From Candidatus Saccharimonadota bacterium (GTDB lineage: Bacteria; Bacillota_I; Bacilli_A; Mycoplasmatales; Hepatoplasmataceae), in NCBI GenBank assembly GCA_027925225.1, contig AP027131.1, forward strand, positions 30,001 to 62,000: DNA of 32,000 bases, in the 5' to 3' direction. A program made the position numbers and the translations under genes. Of the stretch, positions 8,867-18,160 are shown piece after piece. The notes beneath the pieces are model-generated. The model saw only the letters and a program-made list of their open reading frames with translations, was not told the origin of the DNA and did no database searches. Every line of letters begins with the position of its first letter. The stretch's first letter is position 1.

Positions 8867-11389
8867 ATGGATAAAGAATATACAAATCCACAAGAAAAGA
8901 TTGATAGTAATTATAATAAAAATATAAAAGAAATTTCTATTTCAGATGAAATGGAAAAGTCATTCATAGATTATTCTATGTCAGTAATTGTTTCTCGTGC
9001 AATACCTGATGTAAGAGATGGATTAAAACCAGTTCACAGAAGAATTCTTTATGCAATGGATGGTTTAGATATGCAATATACTAAAGCATTCAAAAAATCT
9101 GCAAGAGCTGTAGGAGAAGTTATCGCTAAATACCATCCTCATGGTGATACTTCTGTTTATGATGCTCTTGTTAGACTTGCGCAACCTTTTTCAATGCGTT
9201 ATCCATTAATTAGGGGTCAAGGTAATTTTGGTTCAGTTGATGGTGATTCTGCTGCTGCAATGCGTTATACTGAAGCAAAACTCGAAAAGATATCTTCCTT
9301 TCTTTTAGAAGATATCTTTAAAAATACAGTAGACTTTCAAGATAATTATGATAATTCTGAAAGAGAACCAAAAGTACTTCCTGGAAAGATTCCAAATTTA
9401 CTTATAAATGGTTCTACAGGTATTGCTGTGGGAATGGCAACATCTATTCCGCCACACAATATAACCGAAGTATTAGAAGCAACAAAAGCTGTAATTGAAA
9501 ATCCTCAAATTTCTATTGAAGAATTATTTGATGAATATTTAAAGGCACCCGATTTTCCTACAGGTGGAATAATTGTAAATCCTGATGAATTATTGAAGAT
9601 TTATAAAACCGGAAGAGGAAGAGTTATTGTAAGATCCAAAGTAAGAATTGAAGAAGATGAAAATGGAAAAGGATCAAAAATAATAATTACTGAAATTCCT
9701 TATATGATTAATAAATCAAAATTAATTTTAAAAATTGCTGAACTTGTGAAAAATAAAGTAATTGATTCTATTTCAGATTTAAGAGATGAGTCAAATAGAG
9801 ATGGAATAAGAGTTGTTGTTTCAATAAAAGGTAATCATATTCCAGAAGTTGAGCTTAATAAATTATTTAAATTAACACCATTACAAAGTAATTTTCCTGT
9901 AAATATTTTGGCAATTGTTGAAGACAGACCACAAGAATTAGATTTAAAAAAAATATTAATACAATATATAAATCATCAAATGACTATCCTTATTAGAAAA
10001 TCTAAATTTAATTTAGAAAGATCTAAAAAAAGAAAACATATTTTAGAAGGAATTAGAATTGCAATAGAGGATATTGATGAAATAATAAAAATTATTAGAA
10101 GTTCAAAAAATACTGAATCAGCAATTAATTCATTAATTTCAAAATTTAAATTAGATGATATTCAATCTAAAGCAATTTTAGATATGAAGCTTCAACGTTT
10201 AACAGGACTTGAGCAAAGAAATTTATTAGATGAAGTTAGAGATTTAGAAAATAAAATAGAGAATTATGAAGATATTATTATTTCTCCAGAAAGAAGAAAT
10301 AAAGAATTAGTAAATATGATAAATAGTATGATTGATATTTTTGGTGATGAAAGACGCACAGAAATATCTTCATCAACATTAAGTGAAATTTTTGAAGAAG
10401 ATTTAATTCCTAATGAAAATATATTAATTACAATGTCTGAAAGAGGTTATGTAAAAAGATTATCTATAAAAGAATATAGACAACAGCATAGAGGCGGTAA
10501 AGGCTCTAAAGGAGCTTCGATTTCTGAAGATGATGAAATTAAATCAATGATTTTTACAAATACACATACTGATTTATTGCTATTTTCATCTTATGGAAAA
10601 GTCTATAGATTAAAAGCTTATCAAATTCCTATAAGAACAAAAATATCAAAAGGAATTCCTTTAATAAATTTAATAAGTATTGAAAAAGAGGAAAAAATTC
10701 TTTCATTATTAGAAATTGATAATTATGAAGATTCATCTTTAGTTTTTGTAACTAGAAAAGGAATAATAAAAAAAACTAATTTAAAAGAATATAAATTAGT
10801 AAGAAAAACAGGAAAAATTGCAATAAAACTTAAAAAAGAAGATGAGTTATTTATAGTAAAAAAAATCCCTAATAATAAATCTCTAGATATTGTTATTGGT
10901 AATTCTAATGGTCAAGCTGTGAGATTTGATTTAAGTTCAATAAGAGCATTAGGAAGAAGTGCTTCTGGAGTAAGAGCTATGAATATTGGAAGTGGCAAAA
11001 TAGTAGGTTGCTCATGGTCTGATGTAGAAAATGATATTGATAATAATATTCTTTCTATTTCAGAACTAGGATTTGGGAAAATAACAAATATTTCTTATTA
11101 TAGAAAAACAAAGCGTGGTGCAAAAGGTGTAAAAACCATAAATATATTAAAAGCAGGGAAACTAGTTGCATTAAAATCTCTTTCGGGAGATGAAGATTTA
11201 ATGATTATAAAAAATAATGGAAAAGTAATAAGAGTGGATGTTTCTAAAATTAAAAAAGCTTCAAGAAATACAAAAGGCATTAAAATAGTTGAACTTGACA
11301 AAGATGAAAAAATAATGGCAGTAACAACAGTTCCTAATCAAGAAAATATTGAAAAAACTATAGAATTTAAAATAAAAGAAAAACCCTAG
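8867..11389 (+). CDS. gyrA: DNA gyrase subunit A
   Basis: GGAGA SD. AIPDVRDGLKPVHRRILYAM, HPHGD and AAMRYTE (catalytic Tyr) are present, with C-terminal beta-pinwheel repeats. A single 840-aa ORF. Confidence 0.97.
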   Translation: MDKEYTNPQEKIDSNYNKNIKEISISDEMEKSFIDYSMSVIVSRAIPDVRDGLKPVHRRILYAMDGLDMQYTKAFKKSARAVGEVIAKYHPHGDTSVYDALVRLAQPFSMRYPLIRGQGNFGSVDGDSAAAMRYTEAKLEKISSFLLEDIFKNTVDFQDNYDNSEREPKVLPGKIPNLLINGSTGIAVGMATSIPPHNITEVLEATKAVIENPQISIEELFDEYLKAPDFPTGGIIVNPDELLKIYKTGRGRVIVRSKVRIEEDENGKGSKIIITEIPYMINKSKLILKIAELVKNKVIDSISDLRDESNRDGIRVVVSIKGNHIPEVELNKLFKLTPLQSNFPVNILAIVEDRPQELDLKKILIQYINHQMTILIRKSKFNLERSKKRKHILEGIRIAIEDIDEIIKIIRSSKNTESAINSLISKFKLDDIQSKAILDMKLQRLTGLEQRNLLDEVRDLENKIENYEDIIISPERRNKELVNMINSMIDIFGDERRTEISSSTLSEIFEEDLIPNENILITMSERGYVKRLSIKEYRQQHRGGKGSKGASISEDDEIKSMIFTNTHTDLLLFSSYGKVYRLKAYQIPIRTKISKGIPLINLISIEKEEKILSLLEIDNYEDSSLVFVTRKGIIKKTNLKEYKLVRKTGKIAIKLKKEDELFIVKKIPNNKSLDIVIGNSNGQAVRFDLSSIRALGRSASGVRAMNIGSGKIVGCSWSDVENDIDNNILSISELGFGKITNISYYRKTKRGAKGVKTINILKAGKLVALKSLSGDEDLMIIKNNGKVIRVDVSKIKKASRNTKGIKIVELDKDEKIMAVTTVPNQENIEKTIEFKIKEKP

Positions 11390-11411
11390 AATTTTAAATC
11401 TAGAGTTTTTT
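11381..11411 (+). terminator. weak candidate terminator after gyrA
   Basis: Hairpin AAACCCTAGA / TCTAGAGTTT with one mismatch and an 8-nt loop, running into a T-run at 11406-11411. It overlaps the gyrA stop codon. Confidence 0.4.
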
Positions 11412-11613
11412 CTTTATCAGATTGTTGTGATATAAAATGAATATTTTTTCAAATATAGATTTTAAGTTTTATAAGAAAAATATAATAAATAATAAAAAGA
11501 AAATAAATTTAAGATTTTTTTTGGTAAAAGATTTTTTCCTTTTACCAAATTAATATTTTTAATAATTTTCTTTTATTCTCATTTTTTTTAATATTTAAAT
11601 TAAATAATTTTTA

Positions 11614-13074
11614 ATGTTTTATAATTTTTTTATGAGAAAAATAAAAATAAAATTAAGAGACGAAAAAAACTTAGAATTTGAATTATTAGAAGATGCAAAA
11701 AAAGGAGATTACATAGATCTAAATTCAATTAATAATATTGATTTATCTAATATAAGTGAACAAATAAAATATTTTAAAGATTCTGAATATAAGAAAAAAA
11801 TAGAAGAAGTTCTTTTAAATGAAAATCAAAAAAATTTATTAGAAAAAGAAAATATAAGAATTAAATTAACAAATGAATTAAATGAAAAATACTTAAAAGA
11901 AATTAATGAATTAAAACAAGAAATTTTTCAAAAAAGCGAAAAAAATAAAATATTTGAAAAAGAACTTAAATTAGAAACCGAAGAAAAAAAAATAGAGCTT
12001 TCAAAAGAATATATTGATAAAATTTCAAAATTAGAAAATGAAATAAAAATTAATAAAGAAAAAAATAAAATATTTGAAAAAGAACTTAAATTAGAAACTG
12101 AAGAAAAAAAAATAGAGCTTTCAAAAGAATATATTGATAAAATTTCAAAATTAGAAAATGAAATAAAAATTAATAAAGAAAAAAATGAAGAATTATTTAA
12201 TGAAAAAATAAAAAATTTAAGACTAGAAATAGAGCTTTCAAAAGAAAAAGAAATTTCTTTATTAAAAATAGAAAAAGATGAATTAAAAGAAAAAAATGCT
12301 TTAATTTTAAGAGATAAAAATTCAAACATTAAATTACTTGGAAGTGAATTAGAAGATTGAATAGAAAACGAATTAAGAAAAGCCTTTAGTTATAATGAAA
12401 ACATAAAAATAATAAGAGAACCAAATCCAATAAATGGCCAAAAGCCGGATTTTTTAATTAAAATTTTTCATAAAAATAATTTAGATTCTCAAATTGTTAT
12501 TGAGGCAAAAACGCAAATCAATAATGAAGGAATTAAAAAAAGAAATAAAGATCATTTAGAAAAACTTGAAAAATATAGGTCTAAAATAAAAGCAAATTAT
12601 GGAATATTAGTTTCTGAACTTGAAACTGATAATGATTTTCAAATTTATAAAGATAATTCTTATAAGGACATTTTTATTTTAAGACCAATTTACTTAATTT
12701 CATTTCTTCAATTTACAATTAATCTTTTGGTTGTAAATGAAAAAATTTTTAATGCAAATATAAGTTTTGAAAAAAAAGAAAAAATATTAAAAGAATGAAA
12801 AGATTTTAAAGATGATTTATATAAATCGCTTGATTATATTAATAAGCAAATAGAAAATATATTAATTGAAAAAAATAAATTAATAACTTCATCAAATAAT
12901 ATTGAGCATTCTGCAAAAGTTATTTGAGATACACATTTATCATCATTAAAAAATAAATTAGAAAAATTTAATATTGATAAAAAAATAATTAAAAAAATAG
13001 AAGAAACAAATAATAATTTGTTAAATGAAAAAATTAGCGATTATAATGAAATATCTTTGAAAGACACTAATTAA
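11614..13074 (+). CDS. coiled-coil protein with C-terminal PD-(D/E)XK-like core (DUF2130-like)
   Basis: Track ORF 11614..12360 ends at TGA. Read-through stays open to TAA 13072-13074 (two further TGA codons). The N-terminal half is a K/E/I/L-rich coiled coil. The C-terminal half carries GQKPDFLIKIF..(18 aa)..IVIEAKTQ (D at 12448-12450, E-x-K at 12502-12510). The start could instead be ATG 11632. Confidence 0.65.
11941..12180. repeat. 120-bp tandem duplication x2 (119/120 identical), in frame inside the coiled-coil CDS
   Basis: 11941-12060 and 12061-12180 are identical except C11979 vs T12099 (ACC/ACT, both Thr). Each copy encodes KNKIFEKELKLETEEKKIELSKEYIDKISKLENEIKINKE. Confidence 0.95.
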
Positions 13075-13128
13075 AAATTATAAATAATTTTTTATACAAT
13101 TATTTTAAAGGAACATATAATAATTAAA

Positions 13129-14382
13129 ATGCTTAACATAAAAGAATTTGTTGAAAATAAAGATAAATATAAAGAACTCTTAAAAAGAAAGAGTTTTAAC
13201 GATTTTGATTTATTAGATAAATTAATTAATTCTTATAAATTAAATTTAGAATTTATGAAAAACGAAGAAGATTTAAGATATAAGTTAAATTTAATTACAT
13301 CAGAAATAAGAAAAGATAAAAAAAATAAAATTTTACATAGAGATGCAAGTATTTTATCTAATAAAATAAGAGATATAAATAATAAAAGAAGTGAAATTAA
13401 TGAATTTTATAGAAAAGATATTTTAAGAATTCCTAATTTACCTTTAGAAGAAACTCCAATAGGAAATACAGAAAAAGATAATGTTGTATTAAAAGAAATT
13501 AATAAGTTTAAAAAAAATAAAAATATAAAATATAAACCGCATTGAGAAATTTTAGAAGAAAAAAGATTAATATTAAAAAATGAAGCAAGTCAATTATCAG
13601 GAAGAAGACACGTAATTTTTAGAGATAAGGCTGCACTTTTGGTTAGAGCAATTGAAACTTATATGCTTGAAAAACATTATAAAAATAATTATGAAATAAT
13701 TGATCCGCCATTAATTGTAAATAAAGAGATGCTTATAAATACTGGTCAATTACCAAATTTTAAAGAAGATCTTTTTGAACTTAAAAATGGGCAATATTTA
13801 ATTCCGACTGCAGAAGTTCCTCTTACTAATTTAGTAGCAAATAAAATTTTAGATGAAAAAGTTCTTCCATTAAACTACTCTGCATTTACAGATTGTTTTA
13901 GAAATGAAAGAGTAGCAGCAGGACAAGATGCAAGAGGTATAATTAGACTTTTTCAATTTAGAAAAGTAGAAATTGTAAAAATTGGAAAAAGAGAAGATTA
14001 TCCTAAGGATTTTGAAAATCTTTTAAATGATGCAAAATCAATATTAGATGATTTTAAATTACCTTATAGATTATTGGAACTTTCTACAGGAGATCTTTCT
14101 TTTTCTTCTAAAAGAACAATTGATTTAGAAGTATTTTTTCCTGGAATAAATGAATATAAAGAAGTTTCTTCAATTTCTTTTATAGGAGATTTTCAAGCTC
14201 GTAGAATGAAAACTAGATATAAAAAAGAAGACGGAACAAAAGCAATTCCGTTTACTTATAATGGTTCAGCACTAGCAATTGAAAGAATATTCGCTGCTAT
14301 ATTAGAAAATTATTTAAATGAAAATGGGGATATTTTAATCCCCGAGATTTTAAAAAAATATCTTCCCTTTAAAAAAATATAA
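13129..14382 (+). CDS. serS: serine--tRNA ligase
   Basis: N-terminal coiled-coil arm, then class II motifs FRNERVAAGQDARGIIRLFQFRKVE and GSALAIERIFAAILENY. Track ORFs 13129..13545 and 13639..14382 join through TGA 13543-13545 (PHWEI). Confidence 0.95.
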
Positions 14383-14386
14383 ATTA

Positions 14387-14965
14387 CTAATTTCTATTTC
14401 CTATCGGTTTTTTATTAAATTCACTTTCAATTTTATCGAGAAGTCATTTTTTAATTGTTTTAGAAGGTGAACGATTTAGAATATCTACTTCTTCTCCAAA
14501 AATATCCATAAAAGTTTCATTTTCAACATGACGATAATAGTGAACGTAAATATCTACTGGTTTATTTATATTTAATAAACTTTGTAAAATGAAGTAAGTT
14601 GTTTCGTAATGTATTTCGCCTTCTTTTCTATATCTTTCTCTTCCATCGTTATAATGAGCTAATCTTTTTCTTAATGATTTATTAGTGCATCCTACGTAAA
14701 AAATTTTGCCTTCAATTACCATAATATAAACTACTTTTTGTTTACGTTTTATTCTTTTTATTGTTTTTTTGTCTAAATCTTTATAATCAATTTTTAGACT
14801 TTCTTTTTCACGATTTGGAATAACTTGACAAATTTTAGTAAACTTATCTCTTAATAGTTCAAAATCATCGATGTTAATTTCATTTTTTAATTCTTTGAAA
14901 GAATGAATTAATTTTTCTCTTTTCATAATATGTTTCCATTTGTGTTTTTTAAAACAATTTAACAT
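14387..14965 (-). CDS. GIY-YIG superfamily nuclease-domain protein (C-terminal nuclease, unknown N-terminal region)
   Basis: VVYIMVIEGKIFYVGCTNKSLRKRLAHY shows the two Tyr strands 10 residues apart plus an Arg/His helix. Track ORF 14444..14965 stops at TGA (14444-14446); read-through adds WLLDKIESEFNKKPIGNRN up to TAG at 14387-14389. AAGGAAA lies just upstream of ATG 14965. An alternative start is Met14. Confidence 0.7.
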
Positions 14966-15142
14966 TTTCCTTGTGTTGTATTTTATATTTTATTTTGGGA
15001 ATTTTTTTAATACCATTAAAATTATAATATTTTATTGTATTCTATAAAAATTTATGAATTTTATTATTTTCTATTCTTTTTTAATTTTATCTTATTTCTT
15101 ATTAAAATTTTAATTTACTTATTTTAAATTAAAATATTTTTA

Positions 15143-15148
15143 TATAAT
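15143..15148 (+). promoter_or_regulatory. candidate -10 box (TATAAT) for SRP RNA
   Basis: Exact TATAAT ends 5-7 nt upstream of the first base of the terminal SRP RNA helix. Confidence 0.45.
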
Positions 15149-15152
15149 TTAC

Positions 15153-15230
15153 ATGGTCACAATAATAACCTTGTAACTTGGTCAGGACAGAAATGTAGCA
15201 GCCATATCGAGAAGTGTTATGTGTGACCAT
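15153..15230 (+). ncRNA. ffs: small (4.5S-type) signal recognition particle RNA
   Basis: Terminal helix ATGGTCACA pairs with TGTGACCAT. The conserved domain IV core is GGTCAGG-ACA-GAAA-TGT-AGCAGCC (GNRA tetraloop), followed by a T-run. It sits immediately upstream of dnaX, as in Firmicutes. Ends are good to about +/-3 nt. Confidence 0.88.
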
Positions 15231-15323
15231 TTTTATTTTTTAATTTTTTTTAATTTACTTTTATTTTTAAACATTTATTTATTAATAGATAAAATATATT
15301 TGAGTTAAAATAAATAATAGATT

Positions 15324-16958
15324 ATGTCTAAGTCATTTTATAACATTTATAGACCACAAACTTTTAAAGAAGTTATAGGTCAAGAGATTCCAAAAAGAAT
15401 TCTTATTAATTCTTTAAAACAGAATAAATTAAATAATTCTTATCTATTTTATGGAATACGAGGTACAGGAAAAACTACATTAGCAAGAATTTTTGCTAAA
15501 TCACTTAATTGTTTAAATTTGGGAGATGATTTTGATCCTTGTAATGAATGCGCCTCTTGTAAATCTATAAATAGTTCATCTAGTTTTGATGTGATTGAAA
15601 TAGACGCAGCTTCTAACAATGGAGTTGATGAAATAAGAGGAATCAAAGAAAAATCTAATTATCTTACTACTAATTCTAAATATAAAATTTACATTATAGA
15701 TGAAGTACATATGCTTTCGAAAGCGGCATTTAATGCTCTTTTAAAAACACTAGAGGAGCCACCACAAAAAATTATTTTTATATTAATTACAACCGAGATT
15801 TCTAGAATTCCAGACACAATTCTTTCTAGAAATATTATTATTAATCTTGAAAAATTGAGTGAAGAAAATATTACGCAAAGTTTAATTAATATCTTAGAAA
15901 AAGAAAATATAAATTATCAAAAAGAATCTTTAAATTATATTTCTCTTCTTGCTAGCGGATCAATAAGAGATGCAATTTCGCTTTTAGAGTTAGTTCTTTT
16001 ATATTCAAAAGAATTTAATGAAAATGATGTTATTAAAACTTTAAAGCTTTTAAAAAATGAGGAAATAATAAAAGGAATAAATGATATTGATTACCTAATT
16101 GCAAAAATTGATAATTCGGATTTAGACATTAAAAAAGTTTTATTACAAATAATTGATTTTCTTACAAAGGAGATAATTTTAAATAAATCTAATAATTATG
16201 ATTTGTTAAATAAATGCATAGAAATTTCTTTATTTGTAAAAGATTTACATCTTTTGAAATTGGTATTTAAAGGAGAACTTTTATTATTAAAGAATAATAA
16301 AAAACAAAAAGAAGAAGTAAATAAAATAATTGAGACAAGCATTAAAGAAGATTTTAGTAAAAATGTTTCACGTGAAACATTTGTAATAAATGAAGAAAAA
16401 TTATCAAATGAAATATTTGAAAAAAAAATTAATTTAGAAAATTTAAAATTAGAAAAAAACGAAATAAAAGAAGAAAAAAAACAAAATGAGAAAATTACAG
16501 ATTATGTAAATATGAATCATTATCTTACAATAATGTTTGAAAATAAAGTTGATAAATTAAAAAAATATAACGACCGCCTTGAATATATTAGTTTTTATTT
16601 AAATAAAACAAAATGAAGTGATTATGTTTATGCTCTTTCTGATTCGAAAATATTGGTTGCTATTTCAGGTAAAGCAATTATAGGAATTGAAAATGAAGAA
16701 AAATATAATAAATTTAAAAATTTTTCACTTGAAAGAGAATTTTTTAATTTTTTAGAAGAACTTTTTGGTGAAAAGATTTTATTATTACCAGCATTAAATG
16801 ATCATTGAAGAAAATTAACATTAAAATTTAAACAATTAAAGAATGAAAATAAAAGAATAAGTGAAGAGATTTTTATTCCTAATTTTTCTAAACTTTTAGA
16901 AAAAACAAAAGAAAGTGAATTGATTAAACTTTTTGATGGAAAGATTGAAATAAAATAG
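15324..16958 (+). CDS. dnaX: DNA polymerase III subunit gamma/tau
   Basis: YRPQTFKEVIGQE, GIRGTGKTTLARIFAK, a Cys4 module (CLNLGDDFDPCNECASC), IIDEVHMLS and SRNIII (SRC-like). Track ORF 15324..16616 continues through TGA 16614-16616 and one more TGA to TAG 16956-16958. Confidence 0.93.
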
Positions 16959-16961
16959 TTT

Positions 16962-17537
16962 ATGAGTAAAGATTATTTAAAAGTAATAAATGATTTAATG
17001 GAGTTAAAATTTTTTAATAAAAAGAATTCAGAATTTTTTGTTTTTTCTTTTTTAAATGAGAAACAAAAATATGAAGAGATTTTTTCAAAAAATTTAGAAA
17101 GATTAAAAAAACTAAAATTTTGTTCTAAATGTAATTTAATTTCTGATTTAGAAAAATGTGATAATTGTAATCTAAAAAGTGAAGAAATTTATATTTTTGA
17201 GGATTTTTCAGATTATTATTCTTTAGCATCAAAAATAGAAAATGTAGAAAAATCATTTATTTTAAATATTTATAAAAAAACAGATTATTTGGATAAAAAT
17301 AAACTTAATGATTTAATATTAAAAATTGAAGGCCTTATAAATGAAAACAAAATTACTAAGAAAATAATTTTTATGATTTCCCCTTCATTTGAAAGTCAAA
17401 TATTAAAAGAAATTTTAAGAAAAAAATTAAATAAAAAAATAATTTTTAATGAAATACCATTAGGTATTCCATTGAATTCTAAAATAAAATATTATGATGC
17501 AAATTTATTGAAGGAATTAATAGAAAAAAATGAGTAA
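16962..17537 (+). CDS. recR: recombination protein RecR (divergent)
   Basis: Conserved position right after dnaX. It has a C4 zinc finger (CSKCNLISDLEKCDNC), a Toprim-like middle region and a C-terminal GIPLNSKIKYYD. Length is 191 aa. Confidence 0.8.
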   Translation: MSKDYLKVINDLMELKFFNKKNSEFFVFSFLNEKQKYEEIFSKNLERLKKLKFCSKCNLISDLEKCDNCNLKSEEIYIFEDFSDYYSLASKIENVEKSFILNIYKKTDYLDKNKLNDLILKIEGLINENKITKKIIFMISPSFESQILKEILRKKLNKKIIFNEIPLGIPLNSKIKYYDANLLKELIEKNE

Positions 17538-18159
17538 TCTTAATAAACTGTTTTTTACTTTTGAAGGAATAGAGGGTTCTGGAAAATCAACAATAATAAA
17601 CATTGTTTATAATGAATTTTTAAAAAGAGGATATGATATATTTTTAACTCGAGAACCAGGAGGCAATAATTTAATTTTTGCCGAAAAAATAAGAAAAGTT
17701 ATTTTAGAAGATGAAAATATAACTCCTCTTACTGAATTGTTTTTATTTGAAGCTTCTCGTGTTGAACATTTGGATAAAATAATAATTCCTAATTTAAAAC
17801 AAGGAAAAATTGTTTTATGTGATCGGTTTGCTGACTCAACTCTTGTTTATCAAAAATCCAAGGGAATAGATATTAGGAGTATTGAATTTTTAAATAAAAT
17901 AGCAACTAATAATTTTTTCCCTACTAAAGTTTTTATTCTTGACATAGAACCAGAAATTGCTCTTAATAGATTAAAAATAAATAAAAATAGAGAGATAAAT
18001 AAATTTGATAAAGAAAATATTTTTTTTCACAAAAAAATTAGAGATGAATATTTAAAACTTGTTAAAAAAAATAAAGAAAAATATATTCTAATTAATGCAA
18101 ATCAAGAAAAAGAGAAAGTATCAGAAGATATAATAAAGATATTAGAAAAGGTATTTTAA
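17530..18159 (+). CDS. tmk: thymidylate kinase
   Basis: FFTFEGIEGSGKST P-loop, TREPGG and DRFADST motifs. Overlaps recR by 8 nt. Confidence 0.93.
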   Translation: MSNLNKLFFTFEGIEGSGKSTIINIVYNEFLKRGYDIFLTREPGGNNLIFAEKIRKVILEDENITPLTELFLFEASRVEHLDKIIIPNLKQGKIVLCDRFADSTLVYQKSKGIDIRSIEFLNKIATNNFFPTKVFILDIEPEIALNRLKINKNREINKFDKENIFFHKKIRDEYLKLVKKNKEKYILINANQEKEKVSEDIIKILEKVF

Positions 18160-18160
18160 A

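Noticed and set aside
11098-11301. Minus-strand and out-of-frame track ORFs lying inside conserved genes: 7328-7603 (+), 11098-11301, 11928-12329, 15449-15646, 18672-18971, 19035-19325, 21085-21267, 23768-23995 (+), 24249-24443, 24777-25088, 25381-25599 and 27657-27839 (+).
   Set aside because: Each lies wholly within a confidently identified gene (gyrB, gyrA, the coiled-coil gene, dnaX, rsmI, glyA, atpB, atpE, atpF, atpH, atpG) in another frame or strand. Their translations are low-complexity F/S/L/I-rich shadows of K/E/N-rich coding sequence. None has an SD or a motif.
11437-11553. A 38-codon ORF (MNIFSNIDFKFYKKNIINNKKKINLRFFLVKDFFLLPN) in the gyrA-downstream spacer, running through the 11521-11548 hairpin.
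   Set aside because: It has no SD, its composition is indistinguishable from random A/T-rich sequence, and short ORFs of this size are expected by chance when TGA is not a stop.
13075-13128. Looked for a T-box leader upstream of serS and an M-box riboswitch upstream of mgtE, both common in Firmicutes.
   Set aside because: The serS upstream spacer is only 54 bp, and mgtE overlaps deoD by 17 nt. There is no room for leaders of 150-250 nt, and no specifier or T-box sequence is visible.
16419-16430. A-runs inside dnaX as a possible E. coli-type programmed -1 frameshift site producing the gamma subunit.
   Set aside because: Poly-A runs are ubiquitous in this A/T-rich, Lys-rich coding sequence. 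I see no downstream stem-loop or upstream SD-like stimulator, and there is no evidence of a conserved slippery heptamer.
16380-16500. K/E-rich low-complexity stretches considered as possible tandem repeats or arrays (for example dnaX 16380-16500, mgtE 2690-2720, and the N-terminal part of the coiled-coil gene).
   Set aside because: They show no fixed period or unit on inspection, unlike the true 120-bp and 30-bp repeats. They reflect compositional bias only, and nothing resembles a CRISPR repeat-spacer structure.
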